From: an uncultured Muribaculaceae bacterium
GTDB taxonomy: Bacteria > Bacillota_I > Bacilli_A > RF39 > UBA660
Direction of reading: 5' to 3'
NCBI GenBank assembly: GCA_964536075.1
Contig: CAZHWO010000003.1
Coordinates: 1-42,093 of the forward strand
DNA: 42,093 nt
The notes under the pieces are model-generated. The model ran no database searches. It had not been told where the DNA came from and saw only the letters and a program-made list of their open reading frames with translations. Below are positions 12,029 to 20,445 of this stretch, one piece after another (the first letter of the stretch is position 1; every line of letters begins with the position of its first letter). Made by a program: the position numbers and the translations under genes.

Positions 12029-12716
12029 AAGAATTTAAATTTATTTTAATTCCTGGACCCATCGTACTAGCAACTGAAACATTTTTTATGTAGTCACCCT
12101 TCAAGGTTGAAGGCTTAACTTTAATAATAGTAGCTACAAAAGCATCTAAATTCTCTAACAGTTGAGCTTCGGTAAACGATACTCTACCAATAATTCCATG
12201 AACATTACCAAATGAATCTGATCGATACTCAATACGACCTGATTTAATCTCATTAACTGCTTTGGCAACATCTACTGTAACTGTTCCTGTTTTAGGATTA
12301 GGCATTAAACCTTTAGGCCCTAAAACCTTACCTAGTTTACCAAGTAATGGCATCATATCTGGCGTAGCAACCATTACATCAAATCCAAACCAATTTTCTT
12401 TTTCAATCTTTTGTAGCATATCAACATCACCAACAAAATCAGCTCCGACTTCTAATGCCTTTTTAGCTTGATCTCCTTTAGCAATTACTAAAACTTTTTT
12501 GACTTTTCCTGAACCATTAGGTAAAGCAATCGTTCCCCGTAATTGTTGATCAGCTTTTTTAGTATCAATGTTTAAACGAATAGCTACTTCAACTGAACCA
12601 TCAAACTTACTGGTCGATGTATCTTTAACCAGTTTAAGAGCTTCTTCTTTTGAATAAAGATTCATCTTATCAACTTTTTGAGCTACTTCTACATATTTTT
12701 TGCTTCTTTTTTTCAT
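12018..12716 (-). CDS. rplA: 50S ribosomal protein L1
   Basis: 232 aa. L1 hallmarks are present: [49 protein letters not shown]. Confidence 0.98.
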   Translation of the reverse strand: MKKRSKKYVEVAQKVDKMNLYSKEEALKLVKDTSTSKFDGSVEVAIRLNIDTKKADQQLRGTIALPNGSGKVKKVLVIAKGDQAKKALEVGADFVGDVDMLQKIEKENWFGFDVMVATPDMMPLLGKLGKVLGPKGLMPNPKTGTVTVDVAKAVNEIKSGRIEYRSDSFGNVHGIIGRVSFTEAQLLENLDAFVATIIKVKPSTLKGDYIKNVSVASTMGPGIKINLNSFDK

Positions 12717-12731
12717 TTAAAATACCTCCTT

Positions 12732-12758
12732 GTGGTAAATAGCGGATTTTCCTCCCAC
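12732..12758 (-). promoter_or_regulatory. L1-binding 23S rRNA L1-stalk mimic upstream of rplA (copy B)
   Basis: The minus strand reads GTGGGAGGAAAATCCGCTATTTACCAC. The GTGG/CCAC helix encloses GGAGG...UAUUUA and resembles the flanks of 23S helix 76 (GGUGGGAGGC ... GAAAUACCACC). It ends next to the rplA SD. Confidence 0.5.
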
Positions 12759-12786
12759 ATAGATAATAACCTATATGTATTTATAA

Positions 12787-13212
12787 TTATTTTATTTCAA
12801 TTCCCATATTTAATGTTGTTCCTTCAATGATTTTCATTGCTGATTCAAGATCATAAGCATTTAAATCGGGTAATTTAATTTCTGCAATTTCACGAACTTG
12901 TTCTTTAGTTAACGATCCAACAAATTGTTTTGATCCTTTGGTAGAACCTTTTTGAACTTTAGCCATTTTCTTAATTAAGAAAGCAGCTGGTGGGGTTTTT
13001 ATTACAAAATCAAAACTTCTATCATCATAAATAGTAATTTCTACGGGTAATACATCGCCCATTCTTTCCCTTGTTGCATCATTATAACGCGTACAAAATT
13101 CTTGTAGGTTAATTCCTGCTGGTCCAAGCACCGTTCCAACTGGTGGAGCAGGTGTTGCTTTACCGGCTTGAATTTGCAACTTAATCTTTTTTACAACTTC
13201 TCTTTTTGCCAC
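12787..13212 (-). CDS. rplK: 50S ribosomal protein L11
   Basis: L11 N-terminus [25 protein letters not shown]. The ORF-track start (13221) is a GTG inside the SD AGGAGGTG. The GTG at 13212 sits 6 nt after that SD and gives the canonical N-terminus. Confidence 0.97.
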   Translation of the reverse strand: MAKREVVKKIKLQIQAGKATPAPPVGTVLGPAGINLQEFCTRYNDATRERMGDVLPVEITIYDDRSFDFVIKTPPAAFLIKKMAKVQKGSTKGSKQFVGSLTKEQVREIAEIKLPDLNAYDLESAMKIIEGTTLNMGIEIK

Positions 13213-13246
13213 GAAAAACACCTCCTATATTTTATCTTTTTCGCGA

Positions 13247-13277
13247 GTGGTTCAAATAGCTAATCCGCGCCTCCCAC
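13247..13277 (-). promoter_or_regulatory. L1-binding 23S rRNA L1-stalk mimic upstream of rplK (copy A)
   Basis: The minus strand reads GTGGGAGGCGCGGATTAGCTATTTGAACCAC. It has the same GTGGGAGG...GCTATTT..ACCAC architecture as copy B and lies in the rplK leader. Confidence 0.5.
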
Positions 13278-13313
13278 TAATTTAATCTATATTAAATTAA
13301 ATATAGTTACTAA

Positions 13314-13342
13314 ATAATATCATCATTTTTAACAAAAAGCAA
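13314..13342 (-). promoter_or_regulatory. promoter for rplKA (TTGCTT-17 nt-TGaTATTAT)
   Basis: On the minus strand, TTGCTT (13342..13337), a 17-nt spacer ending in TGA, then TATTAT (13319..13314). It lies between the nusG stop and the rplK leader. Confidence 0.55.
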
Positions 13343-13350
13343 CTGTCTAT

Positions 13351-13884
13351 TTAGTCTTTCTGAATTTTTGCTAATTCCACTTCGACAGAAGTCACCTGAC
13401 CAAATAAATCAACAGAAATCGTTAGCATTTGATTAGGTATATCAATGGTTTCAATTATTCCTTCCATTCCTTTAAATGGACCATCAATAATTTTAACCTT
13501 ATCGCCTTCTTTTAATTCGTTAGCAATATCTAAACGGCTAATGCCCATATTACTTAAAATATGATCAACTTCATATGGTTGGAGCGGTGTTGGTTTAGCC
13601 CCTTTACCACTTGATCCGATAAAGCCAGTAACCCCGGGAGTATTTCTAACTACAAACCATGCTTCATCACTCATTATCATTTCGACTAAGATATAACCAG
13701 GAAACATTTTTTTAATTTTTTCCTTCTTTACCCCGTCTTTTATCTCTTCAACTTTTTGTTCTGGGACAATTACTCGAAAAATATAATCATCCATTCCCAT
13801 CGAGCTAGCACGCATTTCTAATTTTTCTTTAACATTGTTTTCATGACCAGAATAAGTATTAACTACATACCATTGTTTTTCCAT
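13351..13884 (-). CDS. nusG: transcription termination/antitermination factor NusG
   Basis: N-terminus MEKQWYVVNTYSGHENNV, and a KOW motif GDKVKIIDGPFKGMEGII. The ATG at 13884 overlaps the secE stop (TAATG). The ORF-track GTG at 13896 lies inside secE. Confidence 0.97.
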   Translation of the reverse strand: MEKQWYVVNTYSGHENNVKEKLEMRASSMGMDDYIFRVIVPEQKVEEIKDGVKKEKIKKMFPGYILVEMIMSDEAWFVVRNTPGVTGFIGSSGKGAKPTPLQPYEVDHILSNMGISRLDIANELKEGDKVKIIDGPFKGMEGIIETIDIPNQMLTISVDLFGQVTSVEVELAKIQKD

Positions 13885-14063
13885 TATTTCACCCACGCTT
13901 GTAAAGCAGCCATAATTAAATCAATAATGGCAAACATTATTGAAAAGAAAAGGATAAAAACAATTGTCGTCATTGAATATTTAACCATTTCCTTTTTTTC
14001 CGGCCATTTAACTTTGCCTATTTCTTTTTTTACTTCTTTGAAAAAGTTTATAATTTTTTTCAT
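13884..14063 (-). CDS. secE: preprotein translocase subunit SecE (59 aa, absent from the ORF track)
   Basis: Manual translation gives MKKIINFFKEVKKEIGKVKWPEKKEMVKYSMTTIVFILFFSIMFAIIDLIMAAALQAWVK-like sequence. The KVxWP motif plus a single TM helix is classic SecE. SD AGGTGGA. It is translationally coupled to nusG. Confidence 0.9.
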   Translation of the reverse strand: MKKIINFFKEVKKEIGKVKWPEKKEMVKYSMTTIVFILFFSIMFAIIDLIMAALQAWVK

Positions 14064-14206
14064 TATCCACCTACTTATTATATGTTTTTTTTCAAAATAA
14101 AAACACTTCTTTGTGTCACTAATAAACTAACACATTATTGTTTATAAGTCAATACTAATTTTTAAAATATTAAATTTATCTAAACTTAAGAAATCACTAT
14201 CCGTCA

Positions 14207-14839
14207 TTAATAAAAGAAATAAAAATAGACAAATAAAACAACTATTGATATTAAAACAGCTATCAATGGAATAAAAATTATATTGGCAAAAGCGGCTTTT
14301 CGTTCCAATTCTGGACTTTCTATCCCCTCGGCCCAAGCTCGTCCAGATGGAGTAGACTTAACTTTCGTTGTTTGATCAGCAATACCTAAACCAGTATCTT
14401 CTTGTTTATGAGGGATGATTTCTGGATTACTTTTAAAATCACAATAGTATACAGGCTTATTCTCATTAATAACAGCATTATAATAACGTTCATCCGCAAT
14501 GGGAAGAAAATCTTTATAAAAAGCATAATTATCCTTTATCCACTCTTTGGAAAAAGCATAATCAACCTGGCCTAAATTAATTCCAATCATTAAACCGGCT
14601 AATGCTTGGATACTTGTTAAGCGATAATCACTAGTAGCTACCGTAACATTATTAAATTTTATCGGTCCTTGAAAAGTAACATCAATCGCATTATGATTGA
14701 TAATGGCCATTGTCCCTTGATCATTAAGTTTCTTTAATTCTAAACTAGCATAATAAAAGAAACGCATTAGCTCATTATTAAATTCTATATCGTTATTAGT
14801 TTTAGTACCTGTATCATTTAACCAAGCTTTTATATTCAC
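14207..14839 (-). CDS. hypothetical tail-anchored membrane protein (no recognisable family)
   Basis: ~210 aa. It has a soluble N-terminal ~170 aa with no signal peptide, a polar linker, and one C-terminal TM helix (FANIIFIPLIAVLISIVVLFVYFYFFY). The likely start is the GTG at 14839, 4 nt after SD AGGTGAT. The ORF-track GTG at 14848 lies inside that SD. Confidence 0.7.
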   Translation of the reverse strand: MNIKAWLNDTGTKTNNDIEFNNELMRFFYYASLELKKLNDQGTMAIINHNAIDVTFQGPIKFNNVTVATSDYRLTSIQALAGLMIGINLGQVDYAFSKEWIKDNYAFYKDFLPIADERYYNAVINENKPVYYCDFKSNPEIIPHKQEDTGLGIADQTTKVKSTPSGRAWAEGIESPELERKAAFANIIFIPLIAVLISIVVLFVYFYFFY

Positions 14840-14866
14840 CTTTATCACCTATCTTATTCTGTCATA

Positions 14867-14875
14867 ATTATATCA
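14867..14875 (-). promoter_or_regulatory. extended -10 element (TGATATAAT) upstream of the tail-anchored protein gene
   Basis: Perfect TGnTATAAT on the minus strand, immediately after the sigma-factor stop codon. In an AT-rich genome a chance occurrence is possible. Confidence 0.4.
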
Positions 14876-14883
14876 CATTATTT

Positions 14884-15498
14884 TTAAGATAAACAAATAA
14901 AATGTTTGGCTTTTAATCTTTTTCTAATCGCAACACAAGCATTGTCAACAGTCTTCTCGGTTATATCTAGCAACCTAGCAATCTCAACATGTTTGAAACC
15001 ATTGAATTTTAATTCAAAAACTTGAGCATAAATAAAAGACAAACTATTGATAAAATTAATTAATTGTAAATTTAGTTCATGAACGCAAATGCTCTCTATA
15101 GGAGATAATAATTTATCATCAGAGATTGTTTCTATTAAAGTAAGATTATCAAAAAGCTGTTCATTATAAGAAATAGCTTTATTTAAAAGCATTTTCTTTT
15201 GGGTACCATGATGCTTTATTACTCTAAGCATCGTTCGTTTAACTGATACTAAAGCATAAGTATAAAATATATTATCACTACCTTGATTAAAACTATAAGC
15301 TGCCTTACATAAACCAAGCAGGCCCTCTTGGATTAAATCTTCAAGTTCCAATCCCATTTCTTTAGCTTGAAAGAGATATTTCTTGGCCAAAGATTTAACT
15401 AAAGGTTTATATTTATTGTAAATAAACCCCATTGCTTCATCATTATTTTCTTTTATCATGTAAACTAATTCATTATCATTAAGATCTCTATAATCCAA
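14884..15498 (-). CDS. sigH: RNA polymerase sigma factor, SigH-like (regions 2 and 4 only)
   Basis: 204 aa. Region 2 reads LEDLIQEGLLGLCKAAYSF. The SigH-like segment FYTYALVSVKRTMLRVIKHHGTQKKMLLNKAISY parallels B. subtilis SigH FKAFAELCITRQIITAIKTATRQKHIPLN. The region 4 HTH reads HVEIARLLDITEKTVDNA. It has the syntenic position after rlmB. TTG start after SD AGGTGGT. Confidence 0.8.
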   Translation of the reverse strand: MDYRDLNDNELVYMIKENNDEAMGFIYNKYKPLVKSLAKKYLFQAKEMGLELEDLIQEGLLGLCKAAYSFNQGSDNIFYTYALVSVKRTMLRVIKHHGTQKKMLLNKAISYNEQLFDNLTLIETISDDKLLSPIESICVHELNLQLINFINSLSFIYAQVFELKFNGFKHVEIARLLDITEKTVDNACVAIRKRLKAKHFICLS

Positions 15499-15506
15499 AT
15501 TACCAC

Positions 15507-16196
15507 CTATCTCTTACTTCTTAGCACCTCATATATCATAATACCGGCCGCTACAGAAGCATTTAAACTATTTACCTGACCATACATTGGAATAGTTGCT
15601 ATAAAATCACAAGCTTCTCTTGTTAATCTACTCATTCCTAATCCTTCATTACCAATAACTAAAACAATTTTTGATGAATAATCAATTTCACGGTAGTTAG
15701 TCCCTTCCATATCTGTTCCCACAATCCAAAAACCATGATCTTTCAGTTCTTTAATCGTCTGATTAATGTTAGTAACTTGCACTATATTAACATTATTAAT
15801 CGTTCCCGCACTAGTTTTCATAACGGTCGAATTAACTGATACACTGCGATCTTTAGGAATAATAATTCCGCTAATTCCGGCTGCCTCACAAGTTCTTATA
15901 ATAGCTCCTAAATTATGGGGATCTTCTAAATGATCCAAAATAACAATTATATCTTCATCAAAAACAGTCGGTAACTTTTGATATTCATAGTCAGGTATAT
16001 AAAGTATTATACTCTGATGGTTTCCTTCTGCAAGTTGATCTAATTTTATTTTATCCGCATATTCTATTCTTATTTTGGCATTTTCTAATAAAGCTTTTAT
16101 ATTATTATCATGAAAACCTTGCTGTAAAATTATTTTATCAATCTTTTTTTTCTTTTTTAACAGCTCAATGGCTACATTCTTTCCATAAACTAACAT
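15507..16196 (-). CDS. rlmB: 23S rRNA (guanosine-2'-O)-methyltransferase RlmB/YacO (SpoU/TrmH family)
   Basis: 229 aa. SpoU motifs are present: DHLEDPHNLGAIIRT, LVIGNEGLGMS, IPMYGQVNSLNASVAAGI. The synteny is mrnC-rlmB. Confidence 0.9.
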   Translation of the reverse strand: MLVYGKNVAIELLKKKKKIDKIILQQGFHDNNIKALLENAKIRIEYADKIKLDQLAEGNHQSIILYIPDYEYQKLPTVFDEDIIVILDHLEDPHNLGAIIRTCEAAGISGIIIPKDRSVSVNSTVMKTSAGTINNVNIVQVTNINQTIKELKDHGFWIVGTDMEGTNYREIDYSSKIVLVIGNEGLGMSRLTREACDFIATIPMYGQVNSLNASVAAGIMIYEVLRSKR

Positions 16197-16573
16197 CCTT
16201 CTACCTCCAATATTCTATTAATTATTTCCTCAATTCTGGCCATCTGATTATTTAAATATAGTTCTCCCAATAAAGCTTCTAGTCCTGTTGCGTGTTTATA
16301 AGTCAATATATCACAGTTTTTAGGATGATTATTATTTCGATAATTTCGTGCTCGCTTAACTATATTAGTTTCATCTTCATTAAAGAAAAATTCATCACTT
16401 AATATTTTCAAAAACCGCGCTTGGTTTTTAGCACTAACATATTTAACCGTTTCTTTTTGTAATTTATTAACATCATTATAACCTATTGATAATAAATATC
16501 TCCTAATATAAAGCTCATATAAAGCATCACCCAAAAAAGCTAAAGCTAATACATTAATTTCTTTAGTATTCAT
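16190..16573 (-). CDS. mrnC: Mini-ribonuclease 3
   Basis: RNase III signature ALAFLGDALYELYIRRYL. The likely start is the ATG at 16573, 3 nt after SD GGTGAT. The ORF-track ATG at 16615 sits in the loop of an 11-bp hairpin and has no SD. Confidence 0.88.
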   Translation of the reverse strand: MNTKEINVLALAFLGDALYELYIRRYLLSIGYNDVNKLQKETVKYVSAKNQARFLKILSDEFFFNEDETNIVKRARNYRNNNHPKNCDILTYKHATGLEALLGELYLNNQMARIEEIINRILEVEGC

Positions 16574-16600
16574 ATTATCACCAAATATCATTATATCATA

Positions 16601-16625
16601 AAAGCTAGTTAACATAACTAGCTTT
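16601..16625 (-). terminator. strong hairpin after the 539-aa membrane-protein gene (terminator or processing site)
   Basis: 11-bp perfect stem AAAGCTAGTTA / TAACTAGCTTT with a 3-nt loop, 5 nt after the stop codon. The downstream U-tract is short (TTTTAT), so intrinsic termination is uncertain. TGATATAAT follows at 16598..16590. Confidence 0.45.
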
Positions 16626-16629
16626 AAGT

Positions 16630-18249
16630 TTATCTCTTTAAAACATAACCATCAATCATTAAATTACCAACCAGCTTATAATTTTGGGTATACGAAACAT
16701 TAATATAAGTAATAACCAAATCTCGCTTATCATCAATTTTAATTTTGTTATTTTGTTCCATATACTTATTTATAGCTTCTTCATCTTTATCTTCTAAATT
16801 ACTTATTAAAGGAGTTAAATCGATTGAGAAGCTTTCCTCTTGATGATATTTAATCACTACATTAGTTAGATTATTATAATTTTGATTTTTATCAATATAA
16901 TATAAGAATTTATATCCTTCAATACCAACAAAATCTTTATAATAATCGTCATAATAAATGCTCTTAGTGCTAAACCATTCTCCGTCATAATTAGTATAAG
17001 TTGCCGCTAGACTTTTAAGATTATTAAGCTCTTCCTCACTATAGCTTTTAAAATATTTTTCTAAATCCATATCGCTTAAGTAACTATATGCTCCAGCAGC
17101 CTTTCTTTTTTGTTCTTCGGTTAACTTTTCAATGTTATTTCCGATTGGATAATTGTTTTTTAATATTTGATTTTGCCATATAGCTGAAATATGAAAAAGA
17201 TTCATCGGATAAATTGTTGATAGACCAATAATCAAAGCTAGTAATAGAAAAACTAGATTAATTCTTTTCCATACCTTTTCTAGCATAATTTCCATTACTT
17301 GAAAAATAATTAACATAATTCCTAAATATCTTAATGGTGTCATACCAAAGTCAATAATTCTAACAACAAGAGAATAAATTTCCAATAAGATAAATGGGGC
17401 ATATAAATATGGTAGAATAGCAACTATTTTATTTAACCGCTTGTCTTGATCAAAGTAACTACTAACTATCCATGTTGGCATAGCAAAAAGATATAAAATA
17501 GCTAGTATTCTGAAAATAATATTAGATGGCATTGCCTGTAAAATAGCTATTTTAAAAATATACAGATATATTATTAACATAGCTACTAATACTAAAGGCA
17601 AAAGAACATAAACAAATAAGCCTTTGACAAGGTTTCTCATTCTGTTTTTATCTACCGTAATCATCGAATATACTACCGCCGGCACATAAAATAAACCAAA
17701 CAGTAATATTGATTCTCGTATAAATATCTGCGAATACGCTATTTTAGCAATTAATTCAATAAAAGTTAAGGTTACCAAAACAATTCCTAAATGTAAAACA
17801 GCAAAAAGCACCGAAGCAAAAAAAATATTTTCTAAAAAATTAACCACATATTCGCTCAATCGATTATCATTATTCTTAATTAACTTGTGAAAAACTAATA
17901 TCATTAATATTAATATATAACCTACTAATAAAGGCATTATAATATCATATGGAATTATTACCTCATCAGCAAAAATAAGCCAACTAAAGGTCATACTAAT
18001 TAAAGCAGTAACAACACTTAAAATCAGTTTATTTAATCTTCTAGAAAAATAAGTTTCTAGAAAAAATAAACCAAACAACCAAAAAGCCAAACTAAATTCA
18101 ACCTTTACTATATTATTATCAGATGAATTAATAAAGATTGTTAAAAATATTGTTGTAATAACCAACGCCGTAAAGGTTAGTGGATAACTTTTGGTTATCT
18201 TTTTAATTACCTCTTGTAATTGTTTTTTTATCTCTTTTAATAAATTCAT
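16630..18249 (-). CDS. polytopic membrane protein with a C-terminal soluble domain (possibly DUF4153 family)
   Basis: 539 aa. About 10-12 hydrophobic helices span the first ~350 aa, followed by a ~180-aa Tyr/Asn/Asp-rich hydrophilic domain. SD AGAGGAA. The family name is from memory and was not searched. Confidence 0.65.
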   Translation of the reverse strand: MNLLKEIKKQLQEVIKKITKSYPLTFTALVITTIFLTIFINSSDNNIVKVEFSLAFWLFGLFFLETYFSRRLNKLILSVVTALISMTFSWLIFADEVIIPYDIIMPLLVGYILILMILVFHKLIKNNDNRLSEYVVNFLENIFFASVLFAVLHLGIVLVTLTFIELIAKIAYSQIFIRESILLFGLFYVPAVVYSMITVDKNRMRNLVKGLFVYVLLPLVLVAMLIIYLYIFKIAILQAMPSNIIFRILAILYLFAMPTWIVSSYFDQDKRLNKIVAILPYLYAPFILLEIYSLVVRIIDFGMTPLRYLGIMLIIFQVMEIMLEKVWKRINLVFLLLALIIGLSTIYPMNLFHISAIWQNQILKNNYPIGNNIEKLTEEQKRKAAGAYSYLSDMDLEKYFKSYSEEELNNLKSLAATYTNYDGEWFSTKSIYYDDYYKDFVGIEGYKFLYYIDKNQNYNNLTNVVIKYHQEESFSIDLTPLISNLEDKDEEAINKYMEQNNKIKIDDKRDLVITYINVSYTQNYKLVGNLMIDGYVLKR

Positions 18250-18264
18250 TTTATCATTCCTCTA

Positions 18265-18948
18265 TTAATCTCTACGATTAGTAAGTATTAGAACTAATCG
18301 TAAAATTTGCAATAAAGTTGTCACTAAGCTAGCTACATAAGTAAGAGCCGCGGCTTTCAGCATAATATCAACACCCTCACTCTTTTTTATGTCAATTAAG
18401 GATAATTCTTTTATTTGTTGTTTCGCACGCGTAGAAGCATTAAATTCAACGGGTAAAGTCACTAACTGAAAAAGGAGAATAAACATTAATAAGGCAATAC
18501 CTAACCAGGCCAGATCACTATAGCCTAATAACAAGCCAATAATAACCGCAATATAACCAAATTTACTGCCAAAACTAGCTAGTGGAAAAAGACCACTCCT
18601 GAATTTTAGAAAAAAGTAACCATCTTTATCTTGCAAAGCATGACCCACTTCATGAGCTGCTATGCTTGTTGCCGCAATTGTGGTACCGTTAAAGATATCC
18701 GGTGATAATTTAATTACCTTTCTAGTCGGATCATAGTGATCAGTTAATAAGCCTTTAGTTTCTACAATATGAATACGTTCAAGTTTATTATTATCTAATA
18801 TTTTTCTTGCCACTTCAAAACCACTCAGATTATTTCCATTACTTTTCGTCCTATATTTGTTATAAGTTAATTTAACAAATATCTCGGCTACTACAGTAAT
18901 CAGAAGCCCAATTAAAACTAAACCATAATTTAACATAAAATCATTCAT
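18265..18948 (-). CDS. YugP-type membrane zinc metallopeptidase (Zn_peptidase_2 family)
   Basis: 227 aa. It has an HExxH motif (AAHEVGHALQD), DHYDP, and LFQLVTLPVEFNASTRA plus AAALTYV, closely paralleling B. subtilis YugP. Its start lies 2 nt after the cysS stop, and its SD (AAGGA) lies inside cysS. Confidence 0.85.
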   Translation of the reverse strand: MNDFMLNYGLVLIGLLITVVAEIFVKLTYNKYRTKSNGNNLSGFEVARKILDNNKLERIHIVETKGLLTDHYDPTRKVIKLSPDIFNGTTIAATSIAAHEVGHALQDKDGYFFLKFRSGLFPLASFGSKFGYIAVIIGLLLGYSDLAWLGIALLMFILLFQLVTLPVEFNASTRAKQQIKELSLIDIKKSEGVDIMLKAAALTYVASLVTTLLQILRLVLILTNRRD

Positions 18949-18950
18949 AA

Positions 18951-20336
18951 TTAAATCCTTTCATATTTGATACCATCACGGGTATCAATTATTTTTATAC
19001 CTTTTGCTAGTAATTCATCTCTTATCTGATCAGCCTTGTCAAAGTCTTTATTTTGCTTGGCCCAATTTCTTTCCTCTATTTTAGCTAAATCCTCTTTACT
19101 AATATCTGTTATCTCTTCTTTAAATAAATCCAGCGATAAAACCCGATCAAAATCTTTGATCAAATAAATTTTAGTAGCTTCATTTAAATGTTCATCTTTT
19201 AAAACATCATAAATGGTCGTTAACATCATGGCTGTATTTAAATCATTATTAATCGCTTGTTTAAACTGTTCAATATAATTAATTATCTGATCATTATTAA
19301 TATCTCCGGTTTCTTTTAAAGACATAACTTTATTCTTTAATTTTTTATAAGCCAAAGAAGCCCCATCAAGTGATTCATAGGTAAAAAGTAATTGATTACG
19401 ATAATGCGATTGCAGACAATAAAAGCGATAAGCTAAAGGATTATAGCCTTTACTTTCTAATAATGAAACGGTTAAGAAATCACCTGATGATTTACTCATT
19501 TTACCATTAACATCATTAAGATGTTCGACGTGAAACCAATATCGACACCATGGATGGTTAATAATAGCTTCCGATTGCGCTATTTCATTAGTGTGATGAG
19601 GAAAAATATTATCGATCCCACCACAATGAATATCTAAATATTCGCCTAAATATTTTAAAGATATAGCTGAACACTCAATATGCCATCCAGGATACCCTTT
19701 CCCCCACGGAGAATCCCACTTTAATTCCTGATCTTCAAATTTAGATTTAGTAAACCACAAAACAAAGTCGGCTGGATTTCTTTTAAAAGTATCCTCTTCG
19801 ACTGTTTCTCTTGAACCAATTAATAATTCATCAGCTTGATGGTTAGATAAAACATAATATTGATCCAATTTCTGAGTATCAAAATAAACATTGTTATTAG
19901 CAATATAGGCAGAATTGTTATCTAATAAGATCTTTATTAATCTTATATATTCATCAATTAAACTAGTAGCCGGAATAATAACTTCCGGTTTCTTGATATT
20001 AAGTTTCCTCGCATCATCAAAAAAATAATCGGTATATTTTTTAGCAATATCTAAAACACTCATATGTTCTTTTTTAGCACTATTAACCATTTTATCTTTA
20101 CCTAAGTCGGAATCACCTGATAGATGACCAACATCGGTAATATTCATTGCTCTTATTACTTTATAACCTAAATAATTTAGAGCTTTCTCTAACACATCTT
20201 CAACAACATAACTTCTTAAGTTGCCAATGTGAGCATAATGATAAACCGTTGGTCCGCAAGTATACATACGAACAATACCCTTTTCATAAGGTATAAATTC
20301 TTCTATTTTTCTTGTTAGTGTATTATATATCCTCAC
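18951..20336 (-). CDS. cysS: cysteine--tRNA ligase
   Basis: It has a HIGH-type motif (HYAHIGNLRSY) and KMSKS (GKMSKSSGD). The likely start is the GTG at 20336, 4 nt after SD GAAGGTGAT, giving M-RIYNTLTRKIEEF. The ORF-track GTG at 20345 lies inside the SD. Confidence 0.95.
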   Translation of the reverse strand: MRIYNTLTRKIEEFIPYEKGIVRMYTCGPTVYHYAHIGNLRSYVVEDVLEKALNYLGYKVIRAMNITDVGHLSGDSDLGKDKMVNSAKKEHMSVLDIAKKYTDYFFDDARKLNIKKPEVIIPATSLIDEYIRLIKILLDNNSAYIANNNVYFDTQKLDQYYVLSNHQADELLIGSRETVEEDTFKRNPADFVLWFTKSKFEDQELKWDSPWGKGYPGWHIECSAISLKYLGEYLDIHCGGIDNIFPHHTNEIAQSEAIINHPWCRYWFHVEHLNDVNGKMSKSSGDFLTVSLLESKGYNPLAYRFYCLQSHYRNQLLFTYESLDGASLAYKKLKNKVMSLKETGDINNDQIINYIEQFKQAINNDLNTAMMLTTIYDVLKDEHLNEATKIYLIKDFDRVLSLDLFKEEITDISKEDLAKIEERNWAKQNKDFDKADQIRDELLAKGIKIIDTRDGIKYERI

Positions 20337-20419
20337 CAATATCACCTTCCAATTAATCGTATTTGATAAACTTAAATATATGTATTACCTTAACCATAGT
20401 ATAGCACGATTTATAGGAG

Positions 20420-20445
20420 AAAAAAAGACTTCCTTTTAAGAAGTC
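20420..20445 (-). terminator. rho-independent terminator of clpC
   Basis: On the minus strand, GACTTC-7 nt-GAAGTC followed by TTTTTTT. The stem includes the clpC TGA stop. Confidence 0.6.

Noticed and set aside
14061-14070. DnaA-box-like TTATCCAC
   Set aside because: It is a single copy, and it is simply the reverse complement of the secE SD/start context (GTGGATAATG). There is no cluster of boxes and no AT-rich unwinding-element context.
13843-14100. 85-aa plus-strand ORF in the nusG-upstream region
   Set aside because: It is antisense to a clear 59-aa secE with SD, the KVxWP motif and translational coupling to nusG. The plus-strand product is Ile/Phe-rich junk.
14064-14206. Expected rpmGB (L33) gene, or a remnant, between sigH and secE as in Bacillus
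   Set aside because: All three minus-strand frames are broken by stops and show no CxxC L33 motif. The gap seems to hold only weak promoter/terminator-like sequence for secE.
14142-14336. 64-aa minus-strand ORF overlapping the 3' end of the tail-anchored protein gene
   Set aside because: It lies in a different frame of the same strand as a longer, better-supported CDS. It has no SD. The Cys/Phe-rich sequence is typical of an out-of-frame reading of a TM-helix region.
20337-20443. Possible T-box leader upstream of cysS (and similarly upstream of lysS)
   Set aside because: Only ~100 nt are available, and part of that is the clpC terminator. That is too short for a T-box (about 200 nt or more), and no AGAGA / T-box 14-mer-like sequence is visible. 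lysS is translationally coupled to dusB and has no leader.
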